Of a stretch of DNA of 64,000 bases, positions 18,014 through 26,028 are shown one piece after another (the first letter of the stretch is position 1; the number at the start of each line of letters is the position of its first letter). The translations under genes were made by a program, and so were the position numbers. This DNA comes from an uncultured Geobacter sp. (GTDB taxonomy: Bacteria; Desulfobacterota; Desulfuromonadia; Geobacterales; DSM-12255): NCBI GenBank assembly GCA_937871715.1, contig CALMOE010000153.1:996-64995 (forward strand), written 5' to 3'. The notes beneath the pieces are model-generated. The model was not told the DNA's origin and ran no database searches. It saw only the letters and a list, made by a program, of their open reading frames with translations.

Positions 18014-20470
18014 CTACTGGACAATACCACCGATCACTTTGACCTCAACTGAAGCCGGTTCGCTGCCGATGGCCGGATCCCTTGCCTCACTGGCAACGTC
18101 AGGGAGAGTTATGGTCGAGGTTGGAGCAGTCACCCCCGCCGTGGTACAGATTCCCGCATCTTTCTTGACCATCCGCTGCTCTATGTCCAGGGCCTTTACA
18201 TAGTAGGTGGTGGAACCGCTCTGCACAGTGCTCCCAGAGGGTATGGAAAACTCCGGAACATAACGCTTATTGGCGCCGCTGCAATCCATGACCTCCTGGC
18301 CGGTGGTCGTATCGATGCATTTTCCGGGGATGCCGTTCAACTGGCCGAAACCGTTATAATCCAGGAAGAACTTGGCTCCATCGTACTTGTAATCCTTGGC
18401 AGTTGGATCGGACTGGGAATGCGTATACTCCACCTTGACCGGCGGGTCGAAGGTCACGTAGCTGTTGTCAGACGACTTCCTGATAGATGCCAGCTTGTTC
18501 CAGTCGTTTGGGCCTGTTTCCCATGTGTAGAATACGGGCAGCCCCCATGCCTTCCAGCCACAGGTCTGGGCCGGATTCCAGTCGCAGGCGAGCAACTCGC
18601 CATAGGTCTTGCCCGAATCCGCGTCCAGAGCGGTGGCGTCCAGCAGGGCGCCGCTGCTAAACCCCCAGGTATTCGTCTCCCCGGCTGCGGTCAGCTTGGC
18701 CGGATTGGCCCCATCCATCAGCACCATTGCCGTAGAATCCATGGAGTAATCGTAGCCCGCGAATCCGGGTGAGAAGTTCTGCGGCTTGGTGGTCGGCTGG
18801 CCGTAGGCGTCATACTCCATCCCCTGGCTGGTGGGGGCGCTGGGGCAGTTGTCGAAACACTTTAGGGTCTTGGAGAGAACAGGGTCCCCTGGATAAATGA
18901 TATCCTCGGCATAGAATACCACCTCGGTGGACCCTACCGGAGCGTCACAGCTGATCTTCCCCGGATCGCCCATGCTAGGCGCACAGCTTTCCAGCTTTAC
19001 CCTGACCTGTCCACCCAGGGCCTGGGACCAGAAGTTCAGCTCTCCGAACTGAAGCTGTGTCGTGTCTATCGCCAAACCCTGGTCACTTATATCGGTCCAG
19101 ACCGGCGGCCCCATCACCTGGGGTGCTGAGGCGACCTTCAGCAACCTGCTGCCGTCCCAGATAATGCGGAACATGGTCTGGCTAGGTGGCTGGCCTTCAA
19201 AGTACCCCTCAAATGGGATATTCCTGATGGCGTCAAGATTGGTCATGTTCTTGGTATGTTTCTTCAGCTTTCCCGGATAGCTGTTGAGTACGTAAGCATC
19301 AACGCTCCCCGAGGAAAAATCCTTGCTGTAGACCTGCTGCCCGTTTGCGATGGTGAGCCCATTGCTCCAGATCCCCCAGTAGCCGATCCAGCCGTAGGAG
19401 CCGCTGACTCCGTCCGCGTTGGTGTTGAACGGTATCCCGGACCTGACGGTGAACCGGTTGCCGCTGGTGAAGTCGTAAAGCCCGTAACGCCAGGCGGACT
19501 GTTCGAAGTTTCTGCGATCGAAACAGCTGTCCTCCCCCCCACCGATGGCGGTCCTGCGGAAGAAGTCGGCATTGAAGGCAATTTTTGCGTCATAGGACTT
19601 GGGGGTTCCGCCGAAAGACTCGGTCTGACTCACTCTGCCGTAACCGCTGGTTTCGCTCGACTTGTAAACCGCGGCAGCCTCTGAAAAAAGACCGCTCTCC
19701 TCGGCATCGGCGAAGCGGAGGGTAACCAGGCCGCTTGCCGGGTCCTGCACTGTTTCCAGCAGCCCCTTGAACAGAGGGACCCTGTCCGCATCGTCGCTGA
19801 ACGCCTTGAAGTCTATGCGGAAGATCCCGTAAGGTGGCGCCTCGTCCTTGGTCTTGCTTACCACTAGTTTGGCATTGATGACCTTTGCCTGACCTCCCGG
19901 GCCATCCCCCTCCGCCTTCTCATGAATCCAGAATCTTGTTTCCAGCTTGCCGGCGCTGTTGATTATGGAGTCGACTATCCATTCGCGATAATCGGGTGCC
20001 GAACTGGACGTATCCCCCTTGGTGCTGTCCCCTGCCTTGCTGGCACTGTCCCCCCCATTGCAGAGATTCTTGTCGATCAGGGCCTTGTAGGGGCGGTGCA
20101 CACCGTCAATACTGGCCATGGCCACATAACCCGTCTGACCGACCATACAGAGGATCTCGTTGACATTATTGAAGACCTCGGTAGAGCGGTCCTGCACATA
20201 GGCGTTCGTCTTGTCCTTGTTCCAGTCGGCGGTCGTCGGGAATTCGCTTGTCAGCAGCGCCAGGCGCTTGGCGGTCACCTTCCCCGCACTCCCCCCTTCA
20301 CTGGCATCAAGGACACTGACCTTGTCCGCCACCACCGAACTGTTCCCCTTGGCAACGGCGGCAGAGACCGCGGTTGATCCCTGGTTGCCGCTGCTCGAAC
20401 TGCCACTGCAGCCGTTCAGCAGCAGCGGTGTAACACCCGCAAAAAGTAATATCGCCAATTTTCTCCCCAT
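18014..20470 (-). CDS. Large (818 aa) lipoprotein of unknown function
   Basis: Start at MGRKLAILLFAGVTPLLLNGC (lipobox) followed by a Ser/Gly linker. 12 further Cys, several in close pairs. W/Y/G/D-rich. No CXXCH and no motif I recognise. Confidence 0.8.
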   Translation of the reverse strand: MGRKLAILLFAGVTPLLLNGCSGSSSSGNQGSTAVSAAVAKGNSSVVADKVSVLDASEGGSAGKVTAKRLALLTSEFPTTADWNKDKTNAYVQDRSTEVFNNVNEILCMVGQTGYVAMASIDGVHRPYKALIDKNLCNGGDSASKAGDSTKGDTSSSAPDYREWIVDSIINSAGKLETRFWIHEKAEGDGPGGQAKVINAKLVVSKTKDEAPPYGIFRIDFKAFSDDADRVPLFKGLLETVQDPASGLVTLRFADAEESGLFSEAAAVYKSSETSGYGRVSQTESFGGTPKSYDAKIAFNADFFRRTAIGGGEDSCFDRRNFEQSAWRYGLYDFTSGNRFTVRSGIPFNTNADGVSGSYGWIGYWGIWSNGLTIANGQQVYSKDFSSGSVDAYVLNSYPGKLKKHTKNMTNLDAIRNIPFEGYFEGQPPSQTMFRIIWDGSRLLKVASAPQVMGPPVWTDISDQGLAIDTTQLQFGELNFWSQALGGQVRVKLESCAPSMGDPGKISCDAPVGSTEVVFYAEDIIYPGDPVLSKTLKCFDNCPSAPTSQGMEYDAYGQPTTKPQNFSPGFAGYDYSMDSTAMVLMDGANPAKLTAAGETNTWGFSSGALLDATALDADSGKTYGELLACDWNPAQTCGWKAWGLPVFYTWETGPNDWNKLASIRKSSDNSYVTFDPPVKVEYTHSQSDPTAKDYKYDGAKFFLDYNGFGQLNGIPGKCIDTTTGQEVMDCSGANKRYVPEFSIPSGSTVQSGSTTYYVKALDIEQRMVKKDAGICTTAGVTAPTSTITLPDVASEARDPAIGSEPASVEVKVIGGIVQ

Positions 20471-20793
20471 GCCTAGTACTCCTTTCGCTTTAATGGCCCG
20501 CCTACCGAGAGTGCGAAGCGACCTGCTCCAGGCAAACGGTATAAGGAACGTACAAGCCTTATCGGCAGGGGAAACTTGACCGTTAAGCAAATTAATATTA
20601 ATTCACGCCTATAGTTATATTCATCCATCAAGGAGGGAAAAGTGATGTTCAGCAAGAAGAGGTGAATCCGACCAGGGAGCCAGAGGCCATAAATCTCCAG
20701 AAAAAAGTGTTGCCATCCGATTTATTATACTGTATTTATTATTTCACTTTAATTTTATGCGGTATGTTAGAGACCGTGGCAACGGAGAGTCCC

Positions 20794-20940
20794 ATGGTGC
20801 GCTACCTGTTATTAGGATTCACCCTCTTACTTTTAACCGCCTGCAGCGAACTGCAGGTCATCGGCAATGCGGCAGTGCGTGAGCTCATGGCCGAGGGGAC
20901 AAGCACGGAACAGCTTAGCCACAGGTCGCAGAAGAACTGA
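20794..20940 (+). CDS. Candidate 48-aa lipoprotein
   Basis: MVRYLLLGFTLLLLTACSE lipobox. SD ggagag 4 nt upstream. It lies in the AT-rich spacer. Confidence 0.35.
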   Translation: MVRYLLLGFTLLLLTACSELQVIGNAAVRELMAEGTSTEQLSHRSQKN

Positions 20941-21397
20941 CCTGCAGCGCCAGGGCTTTGTCCGCCCGAGCAGTGACAGGCAGTACGTCAAAGGTGAAAA
21001 TTTTCCCACCATCACGACCCAATTCTATTTTTCAGGGGTTGTAAAATTATAGTTCCTAGTGCCCCATCCGAATAATATCGGTGTTACGAAAAAATAACTC
21101 TTATAATTCCACTGTCCAATCATGGTTTTCCCGTCTACTGTCCATACAGGCCTCACGTGCCCTCATCGACGATGAGTATCCGGCCGGGCAATTGAGTCTC
21201 CCGTGGCAAAGCCTTCAAACTGGAGCCGAGTTCATTCAAACGATAATGAATCCTGCCCATGACCTGCGACCTCCTGCTCTGAAAAAGCAGATTCCATGCC
21301 ACAAGGAGGCCTCAAAAAAATTCCTGTAACAGGCCGGAACAAAACGGCTTTCATTGTCAGAGGTACAGAGGTGCACGAGGAGACTGTTTGGCGAAAA

Positions 21398-21415
21398 GTG
21401 TAAAGAAATTTTACA
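21398..21415. promoter_or_regulatory. Copy 1 of an exact 18-bp repeat GTGTAAAGAAATTTTACA (dyad TGTAAA-N5-TTTACA)
   Basis: Identical 18-mer found again 69 bp downstream. Internally palindromic. Confidence 0.5.
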
Positions 21416-21466
21416 ACCTGGCGGTAGACACCCCGCAAGACAGCCATTGACGGGACCTGGCAGGAT

Positions 21467-21484
21467 GTGTAAAGAAATTTTACA
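21467..21484. promoter_or_regulatory. Copy 2 of the 18-bp repeat (extends to the 19-bp dyad GTGTAAA-N5-TTTACAC)
   Basis: Exact repeat of 21398-21415. It lies about 90 bp upstream of the predicted cytochrome promoter. Confidence 0.5.
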
Positions 21485-21573
21485 CTGCAAAAAAACCTGC
21501 ACCCCTATGACTGCGCAGCAGGGGAAGAACCCGTCCCACGCCATACATGGCAGCTATTGATCCCAGCGCTACC

Positions 21574-21601
21574 TTGAGCTTACACATTTTTACGCTATAG
21601 T
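21574..21601 (+). promoter_or_regulatory. Sigma-70-like promoter for the cytochrome/FKBP operon
   Basis: TTGAGC (21574-21579), 16 nt, TATAGT (21596-21601), 44 nt before the ATG. SD aaggagg. Confidence 0.4.
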
Positions 21602-21645
21602 AAGTTACTGATAACATTCTACCCCGCGCCATAAGGAGGCACGCC

Positions 21646-22338
21646 ATGAGCCGCAGCGTAACCGGACCGATCATCGCCCTCTTCGCTTTTCTCTTGCTTG
21701 CCGGCTGTGCCGGGACATGGAAAACCCAGCCCATTGAATCCTACAAGCCGAAGGAGCAGGTGCCCCCATCCTCCACCTGCCAAACCTGCCACCCCCGGCA
21801 GTACGAGACTTGGAAGGGGACAAACCACGCCGACATGGAGCGGATGGCAAAGATACCGGTAAAGGAGCTGCATGAGTGCGGCGCCTGCCACGGCGACCTC
21901 GCCCCCCACGCCGCCAACCCCCAGGCCAGGCCGGCAAGCATTGCCAAGATGAGCAAAACAGAGCAGAACACCATCTGTGGCAAATGCCACTACAGCCAGG
22001 AGCTCTTCGGCAGCAGGGCGATAAACCCCCACAGCAGGCACGCTCTCTTCGCCGGAGTAGCCTTCGAGGGGGAGGCGAAGCAGATCGGCTGCCTCGACTG
22101 CCACTCGGGACATAATGGGAAATCGGCCATGCTGGTCAGGATCAAGGCGCACATCTGCTTCGAGTGCCACAATACGGCCATGGTCACCATGGGAGTATTC
22201 CAGCCTTTCAACTACCTGAGCAACGGCTACATGTGCCAGGCATGCCACACTGTCCACGGCGGTTCAGCCAGCGAGCGCTGGGGGAGAATGGCAGTCGGCT
22301 TCTGCGTGGTATGCCATTTCGTCGGCGTTTCGCTCTGA
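21646..22338 (+). CDS. Heptaheme c-type cytochrome lipoprotein
   Basis: Lipobox LLAGC. Seven CXXCH motifs (CQTCH, CGACH, CGKCH, CLDCH, CFECH, CQACH, CVVCH) in 230 aa. Confidence 0.9.
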   Translation: MSRSVTGPIIALFAFLLLAGCAGTWKTQPIESYKPKEQVPPSSTCQTCHPRQYETWKGTNHADMERMAKIPVKELHECGACHGDLAPHAANPQARPASIAKMSKTEQNTICGKCHYSQELFGSRAINPHSRHALFAGVAFEGEAKQIGCLDCHSGHNGKSAMLVRIKAHICFECHNTAMVTMGVFQPFNYLSNGYMCQACHTVHGGSASERWGRMAVGFCVVCHFVGVSL

Positions 22339-22425
22339 CAAGGCGAAAGGGGCATTGACGGAGGGAATTTCCAGGTGCTACCATGCCACCCGTTGCAGCA
22401 AAATCCAACCTTGCAAGGAGAAGAG

Positions 22426-22857
22426 ATGAAGCGTCTTATCACTGCAGCAATCGCCACAACCCTAATGATTCCTGCCATTGCCATGGCCAACGAGGCCATC
22501 GACAAGGCCGCCAAGGAGAAAGGGGCGGTCAAGACTGCCTCTGGCATGGTCTACCGTGCCCTCAAGGAGGGGAGCGGCAAATCCCCCACGGCCAGCAGCG
22601 TCGTGGAGGTCAACTACCGCGGCACCCTCACCAACGGCACGGAGTTCGACAGCTCCTACAAGCGCAACCAGTCCATCAAGTTCCCCCTCACAGGGGTTAT
22701 CCCCTGCTGGACCGAAGGGGTACAGAAGATGAAGGTCGGAGGCAAGGCCCAGCTGGTCTGCCCGCCGGAGCTGGCCTACGGCGCCCGCGGCGCCGGCAGG
22801 GCAGTGCCACCCAACGCCACCCTCATCTTCGAGGTGGAACTCCTGGACGTTAAGTAA
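22426..22857 (+). CDS. Periplasmic FKBP-type peptidyl-prolyl cis-trans isomerase
   Basis: Signal peptide. VVEVNYRGTLTNGTEFDSSY...FPLTGVIPCWTEGVQKMKVGGKAQLVCPPELAYG...IPPNATLIFEVELL-type FKBP_C core. Confidence 0.9.
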   Translation: MKRLITAAIATTLMIPAIAMANEAIDKAAKEKGAVKTASGMVYRALKEGSGKSPTASSVVEVNYRGTLTNGTEFDSSYKRNQSIKFPLTGVIPCWTEGVQKMKVGGKAQLVCPPELAYGARGAGRAVPPNATLIFEVELLDVK

Positions 22858-22890
22858 GAGCAGCCCCCAGTATCACCCAAGACAAAAAAA

Positions 22891-22925
22891 CGCCGTGGAG
22901 CCTTTTCTGGCTCCACGGCGTTTTT
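22891..22925 (+). terminator. Rho-independent terminator after the FKBP gene
   Basis: cgccgtggagcc-ttttct-ggctccacggcg followed by TTTTT, and preceded by A7 (could act in both directions). Confidence 0.85.
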
Positions 22926-22966
22926 ACCATCCGGGACACGTCCCCTCTCCCCCTTCAATGTGGCCG

Positions 22967-22995
22967 TTGACAGGTAGAATATTAAGGGCTAACAT
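22967..22995 (+). promoter_or_regulatory. Sigma-70-like promoter for the zinc-ribbon gene
   Basis: TTGACA (22967-22972), 17 nt, TAACAT (22990-22995). SD aaggag before the ATG at 23029. Confidence 0.45.
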
Positions 22996-23028
22996 ATTCA
23001 ACAAACTGAATATAAGAAGGAGTTCGCC

Positions 23029-23211
23029 ATGCCGATATTCGAATACCTCTGCCTGGCCTGCGGCAAACCGTTTGAAAAACTGCAGAAGAGTGCGGCGGAG
23101 GATGCTCCCCCCTGCCCTGCCTGCGGCTCAACAGAGGTGAAGAGGGAGTTCTCCTCATTTGCCGCCAAGGCCGCTGCCAGCAGCCACTCAGGCTGTTCTG
23201 GAGGCGGCTGA
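23029..23211 (+). CDS. FmdB-family zinc-ribbon protein
   Basis: MPIFEYLCLACGKPFE...CPACGSTEVKREFS is the CxxC_CxxC_SSSS pattern. Confidence 0.8.
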   Translation: MPIFEYLCLACGKPFEKLQKSAAEDAPPCPACGSTEVKREFSSFAAKAAASSHSGCSGGG

Positions 23212-23250
23212 AGGATCTGACGGCGCCGGTCGGCGTCGCAAACTTTCTCC

Positions 23251-24201
23251 CTACCCCTCCCGGACGGAAAACCTTGCCAGGGGGTCTATTCGCTCGATAT
23301 CCACGCTGGACGTGTTACCCGACGGGTAGACCTCCCTCGCCAGGTAGGCCAGCTCCTCAGCCTCCTGTTCGCTGGAGACGCTTACCCACCACCCCTTGCT
23401 CCCCCCCCTGGCACCATCGTACCAGCGGTAACCGCGCTGCTTGAGCAGATCCTTCCGATCGAAGGGGGCATTTATCGCACAGACCCTCGACGTAACGGCA
23501 AAGGCGTTTTTCAGGAGCTCGGCGAAAACCGGCCGCTCCGAAACCGGCAGGCGGCAGAGGAGCAGCCCCAGGAGCCCTTCGGCATCGTCCAGGGCCCGGT
23601 GGGCATTGATGCAGTAGCCGCCGCACTTGTAGAGCAGGTACTCAAGGGTGCGGGAGCCGATCCTCTCCCCCTGCCAGTCGATCTGGGAGACGCTGCACCC
23701 CCAGGGGATGGCGGCAAACTCCGGGTACCTGGCCTCGACGAACTTCCGGTCGAAGGCGGCATTGTGGGCGATCACCAACGATGCCCTTCCCGCCAGCTCC
23801 AGCACCTTGGCGTCGTCCAGCCGCTTGCCGGCAAGCATCTCGTCGCTTATGCCGGTTACCTCCCTGACCACCTGCGACAAGGGCTCACCCGGGTCCTCGA
23901 AGCCGTTGTAGCGATCGACAATGCGTCTGATCTCCCCGCTTTCCGGATCGTACTCGAAGGCTACGATCCCCAGTTCGATTATCCTGTCCCGGCCGTGCTC
24001 AAGGCCGGTAGTCTCCGTGTCCAGACAGAGGCCGATCCTCCCCCCCTTGAGCGGTTTGCCGCTCAGGCGGCTGTCCCTCTCCAGGTTCAGACGGCGCAGC
24101 ACGGTGAACTCCCCGGTTGAGTGGAGCGCGGCAATTGCTATCTCCGCCTCCAGCAGGTTGAGCGGCTCCTTGCCGTAATCCCGTTTCTCTCTCTTTTTCA
24201 T
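23251..24201 (-). CDS. DEDDh 3'-5' exonuclease (DnaQ/epsilon-like) with extra N- and C-terminal regions
   Basis: Exo I LCLDTETTGL, Exo II IAHNAAFDRKF, Exo III HRALDDAEGL. The C-terminal ~90 aa has KQRGYRWYDGARGGSKGWWVSV. Confidence 0.85.
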   Translation of the reverse strand: MKKREKRDYGKEPLNLLEAEIAIAALHSTGEFTVLRRLNLERDSRLSGKPLKGGRIGLCLDTETTGLEHGRDRIIELGIVAFEYDPESGEIRRIVDRYNGFEDPGEPLSQVVREVTGISDEMLAGKRLDDAKVLELAGRASLVIAHNAAFDRKFVEARYPEFAAIPWGCSVSQIDWQGERIGSRTLEYLLYKCGGYCINAHRALDDAEGLLGLLLCRLPVSERPVFAELLKNAFAVTSRVCAINAPFDRKDLLKQRGYRWYDGARGGSKGWWVSVSSEQEAEELAYLAREVYPSGNTSSVDIERIDPLARFSVREG

Positions 24202-24238
24202 TTATCTCCCAGCCGCAACCGGCGCGGCGTCTTCCCCC

Positions 24239-25180
24239 TCAGCGTGAGGCGAGCAGGTACTGGCTACTGATAAGCTCGTGGTGGTTGGAATGGGAACGCA
24301 TCCGCCACTCCACACACCCCGACGCGGCTATCCGCCAGGGGGGTGCAATGACTCCCCCCCTCCCCTGAAGCAGGGAACGGACGTTCTCCGCCCCCCTTCC
24401 GGGATAGTCGCCGCTGCTCTTCCCCCCCAGCCAGCGCTCTTCCGGGGAGGCGCTGGCGGTCCAGGAAAAAGGGGAGGCGAAGAGGAAGGATGCCCCCTCA
24501 CTGCGGGCTACCCGGTTCATTTCATACAGGTGAGCCAGGGGGTATGCCACCCGGTCCAGCAGGTTGAGGGAGGCAGCCTGGCGGAAGGTATCCCTGGCAA
24601 AGGGGAGACGCAGGGCATCGGCGACGACGAACTCGATGTTGTCGCTGCGCCAACCCTGGGGCAGGCTGACACTGAAGTTCTCCACCAGGTCCCCCTCCAG
24701 TGGGAGCGAGAAGGTGATCTGCCGCTCCCGAGCCAGGCGCCTGGCTGCCTTGATGAAAACGGTGGAGAGGTCGCACCCCACTGCCCAGTCGCTCCGCCCA
24801 GCCATGGCAAAGGTCAGCCTCCCCACGGCACAGCCGGCATCCAGGGATGGGCCATGGCCACCGGCAAGCAGCCCCTCCCAGGCTTCATTGGCCGCACCGT
24901 TGGCCACGGCTCCGCACAGCTCGGCGTAATGGCTCCAGAGGTAGCGGTCAGCCATCCCCCCCTCCTCGTAGCGCCACTGGCCGCCGGAGGGGGTGGAGTC
25001 CGGATCCGGGAGCAGGTTGGCGACGCCGTCGCGCACCGGGAAGCGCCGCCTGCAGCGGGGACAGGAGAGCTGGCCAGTCAGGATGTCCCCATCAGCCTCC
25101 GACTCCACCAGGGCATCAAGGAGGTGTTCCCTGGGGAGGCAGGCGGGGCAGATGAGATATGGGAGGAGAAAGCGCTTCAT
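24239..25180 (-). CDS. Class I SAM-dependent methyltransferase with N-terminal Trm112-like zinc ribbon
   Basis: LICPACLPRE...LSCPRCRRRFPVRDGVANLL (Trm112 fold), then SLDAGCAVGRL (motif I) and VVADALRLPF. Confidence 0.75.
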   Translation of the reverse strand: MKRFLLPYLICPACLPREHLLDALVESEADGDILTGQLSCPRCRRRFPVRDGVANLLPDPDSTPSGGQWRYEEGGMADRYLWSHYAELCGAVANGAANEAWEGLLAGGHGPSLDAGCAVGRLTFAMAGRSDWAVGCDLSTVFIKAARRLARERQITFSLPLEGDLVENFSVSLPQGWRSDNIEFVVADALRLPFARDTFRQAASLNLLDRVAYPLAHLYEMNRVARSEGASFLFASPFSWTASASPEERWLGGKSSGDYPGRGAENVRSLLQGRGGVIAPPWRIAASGCVEWRMRSHSNHHELISSQYLLASR

Positions 25181-25237
25181 GTCAACACTTTTAGCCCATG
25201 CAGGCCAAAGGTGTCAACAAGGTCGCGGATGCCGCTC

Positions 25238-25251
25238 TTGACCCAGGTCAA
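25238..25251. promoter_or_regulatory. CRP/FNR-type palindrome TTGAC-CCAG-GTCAA
   Basis: Perfect 5-4-5 dyad (6-bp arms TTGACC/GGTCAA). The centre lies about 40-42 nt upstream of the start site implied by the perfect TATAAT at 25273-25278. Confidence 0.45.
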
Positions 25252-25335
25252 GGTGAAGGCGGGAGATGCGGTTATAATCGTAATTGATGAAATAGTCCGC
25301 TACGCCTGCCAGCCCACCCCAGGAGAGAATATTCC

Positions 25336-26028
25336 ATGATCGAAAAGACATTCAGCCGCGCCCTGGTCATCTTGGCCGTCCTACTCGCCCCACCCCTGCA
25401 GGCGATGGCCATGCCGGCCATCACCTGCCACTGCTTCAGGGATCGCAATTATGATCCGGCCCAGCCTACCCTGGCAGACCCCTATTTCCTGGCGACAACC
25501 CAGAACTCATTCTTCGCCCAGCTGTTCGCCGTGGACAAGGGTACCGTGGTGATGAAGAAGCAGGGGGGAGCCTCCTCCGACGACATGTGGATCGCCTGGT
25601 GGGTAGCCCCCTCTGCCGGGGTAGGGGCCGAGACTCTGCTGCAGAAAAAGCAGGGGAAGGATAACTGGAAGGAGCTAATATCCCCCTACGGCCTGAACGC
25701 AAGTAACCTTGGGGGCCGAGTGGCAGCGGCACTACAGGCAAGGTCTGGCAGTGCCCGCCTGGCAGGGGCGGTGGTGGACGAGATCGTGCTTCGCCGGCAG
25801 CTCATCGGCGAAGGGGAACTGGCGGAGCTGCGCAGGGGGGGTGCGACCAACCAGGAGGTGATCATCGCCATCCTCATCGCCGGCAAGTTGAGGCTGCCGG
25901 CGCAGAAGCTGTTCCTGGAGGTGAGGAGCGGCAAAAGCAGCTGGGGAGCTTTGTTGCAGCGGGGAAGGATAGACGGCCACTCCATAGAGCAGGAGGTCGC
26001 GGCCCTTCTCAAGCAGCGCCGACGCTAG
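25336..26028 (+). CDS. Secreted protein of unknown function
   Basis: Signal peptide ALVILAVLLAPPLQAMA. The mature N-terminus has CHC (AITCHCFRDRNYDP). SD aggagag. No motif I recognise. Confidence 0.7.
   Translation: MIEKTFSRALVILAVLLAPPLQAMAMPAITCHCFRDRNYDPAQPTLADPYFLATTQNSFFAQLFAVDKGTVVMKKQGGASSDDMWIAWWVAPSAGVGAETLLQKKQGKDNWKELISPYGLNASNLGGRVAAALQARSGSARLAGAVVDEIVLRRQLIGEGELAELRRGGATNQEVIIAILIAGKLRLPAQKLFLEVRSGKSSWGALLQRGRIDGHSIEQEVAALLKQRRR

Noticed and set aside
20490-20580. Words reminiscent of a GEMM-I c-di-GMP/cGAMP riboswitch (AGGCAAAC, ACGTACAAGCC on the plus strand; CTCGGTAGGC on the minus strand) upstream of the large lipoprotein
   Set aside because: The conserved-looking pieces lie on opposite strands, and ACGCAAAGCC is not matched exactly. 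I could not draw the two-hairpin GEMM fold on either strand. A covariance-model scan (Rfam RF01051) would be decisive.
22383-22853. 156-aa alternative-frame ORF overlapping the FKBP gene
   Set aside because: It is on the same strand but out of frame with a gene that has clear FKBP motifs. The Arg/Gly/Pro-rich translation is typical of an off-frame artefact.
24278-25339. 353-aa plus-strand ORF
   Set aside because: It is antisense to the Trm112-methyltransferase gene. It has a low-complexity G/P/A composition and no motifs.
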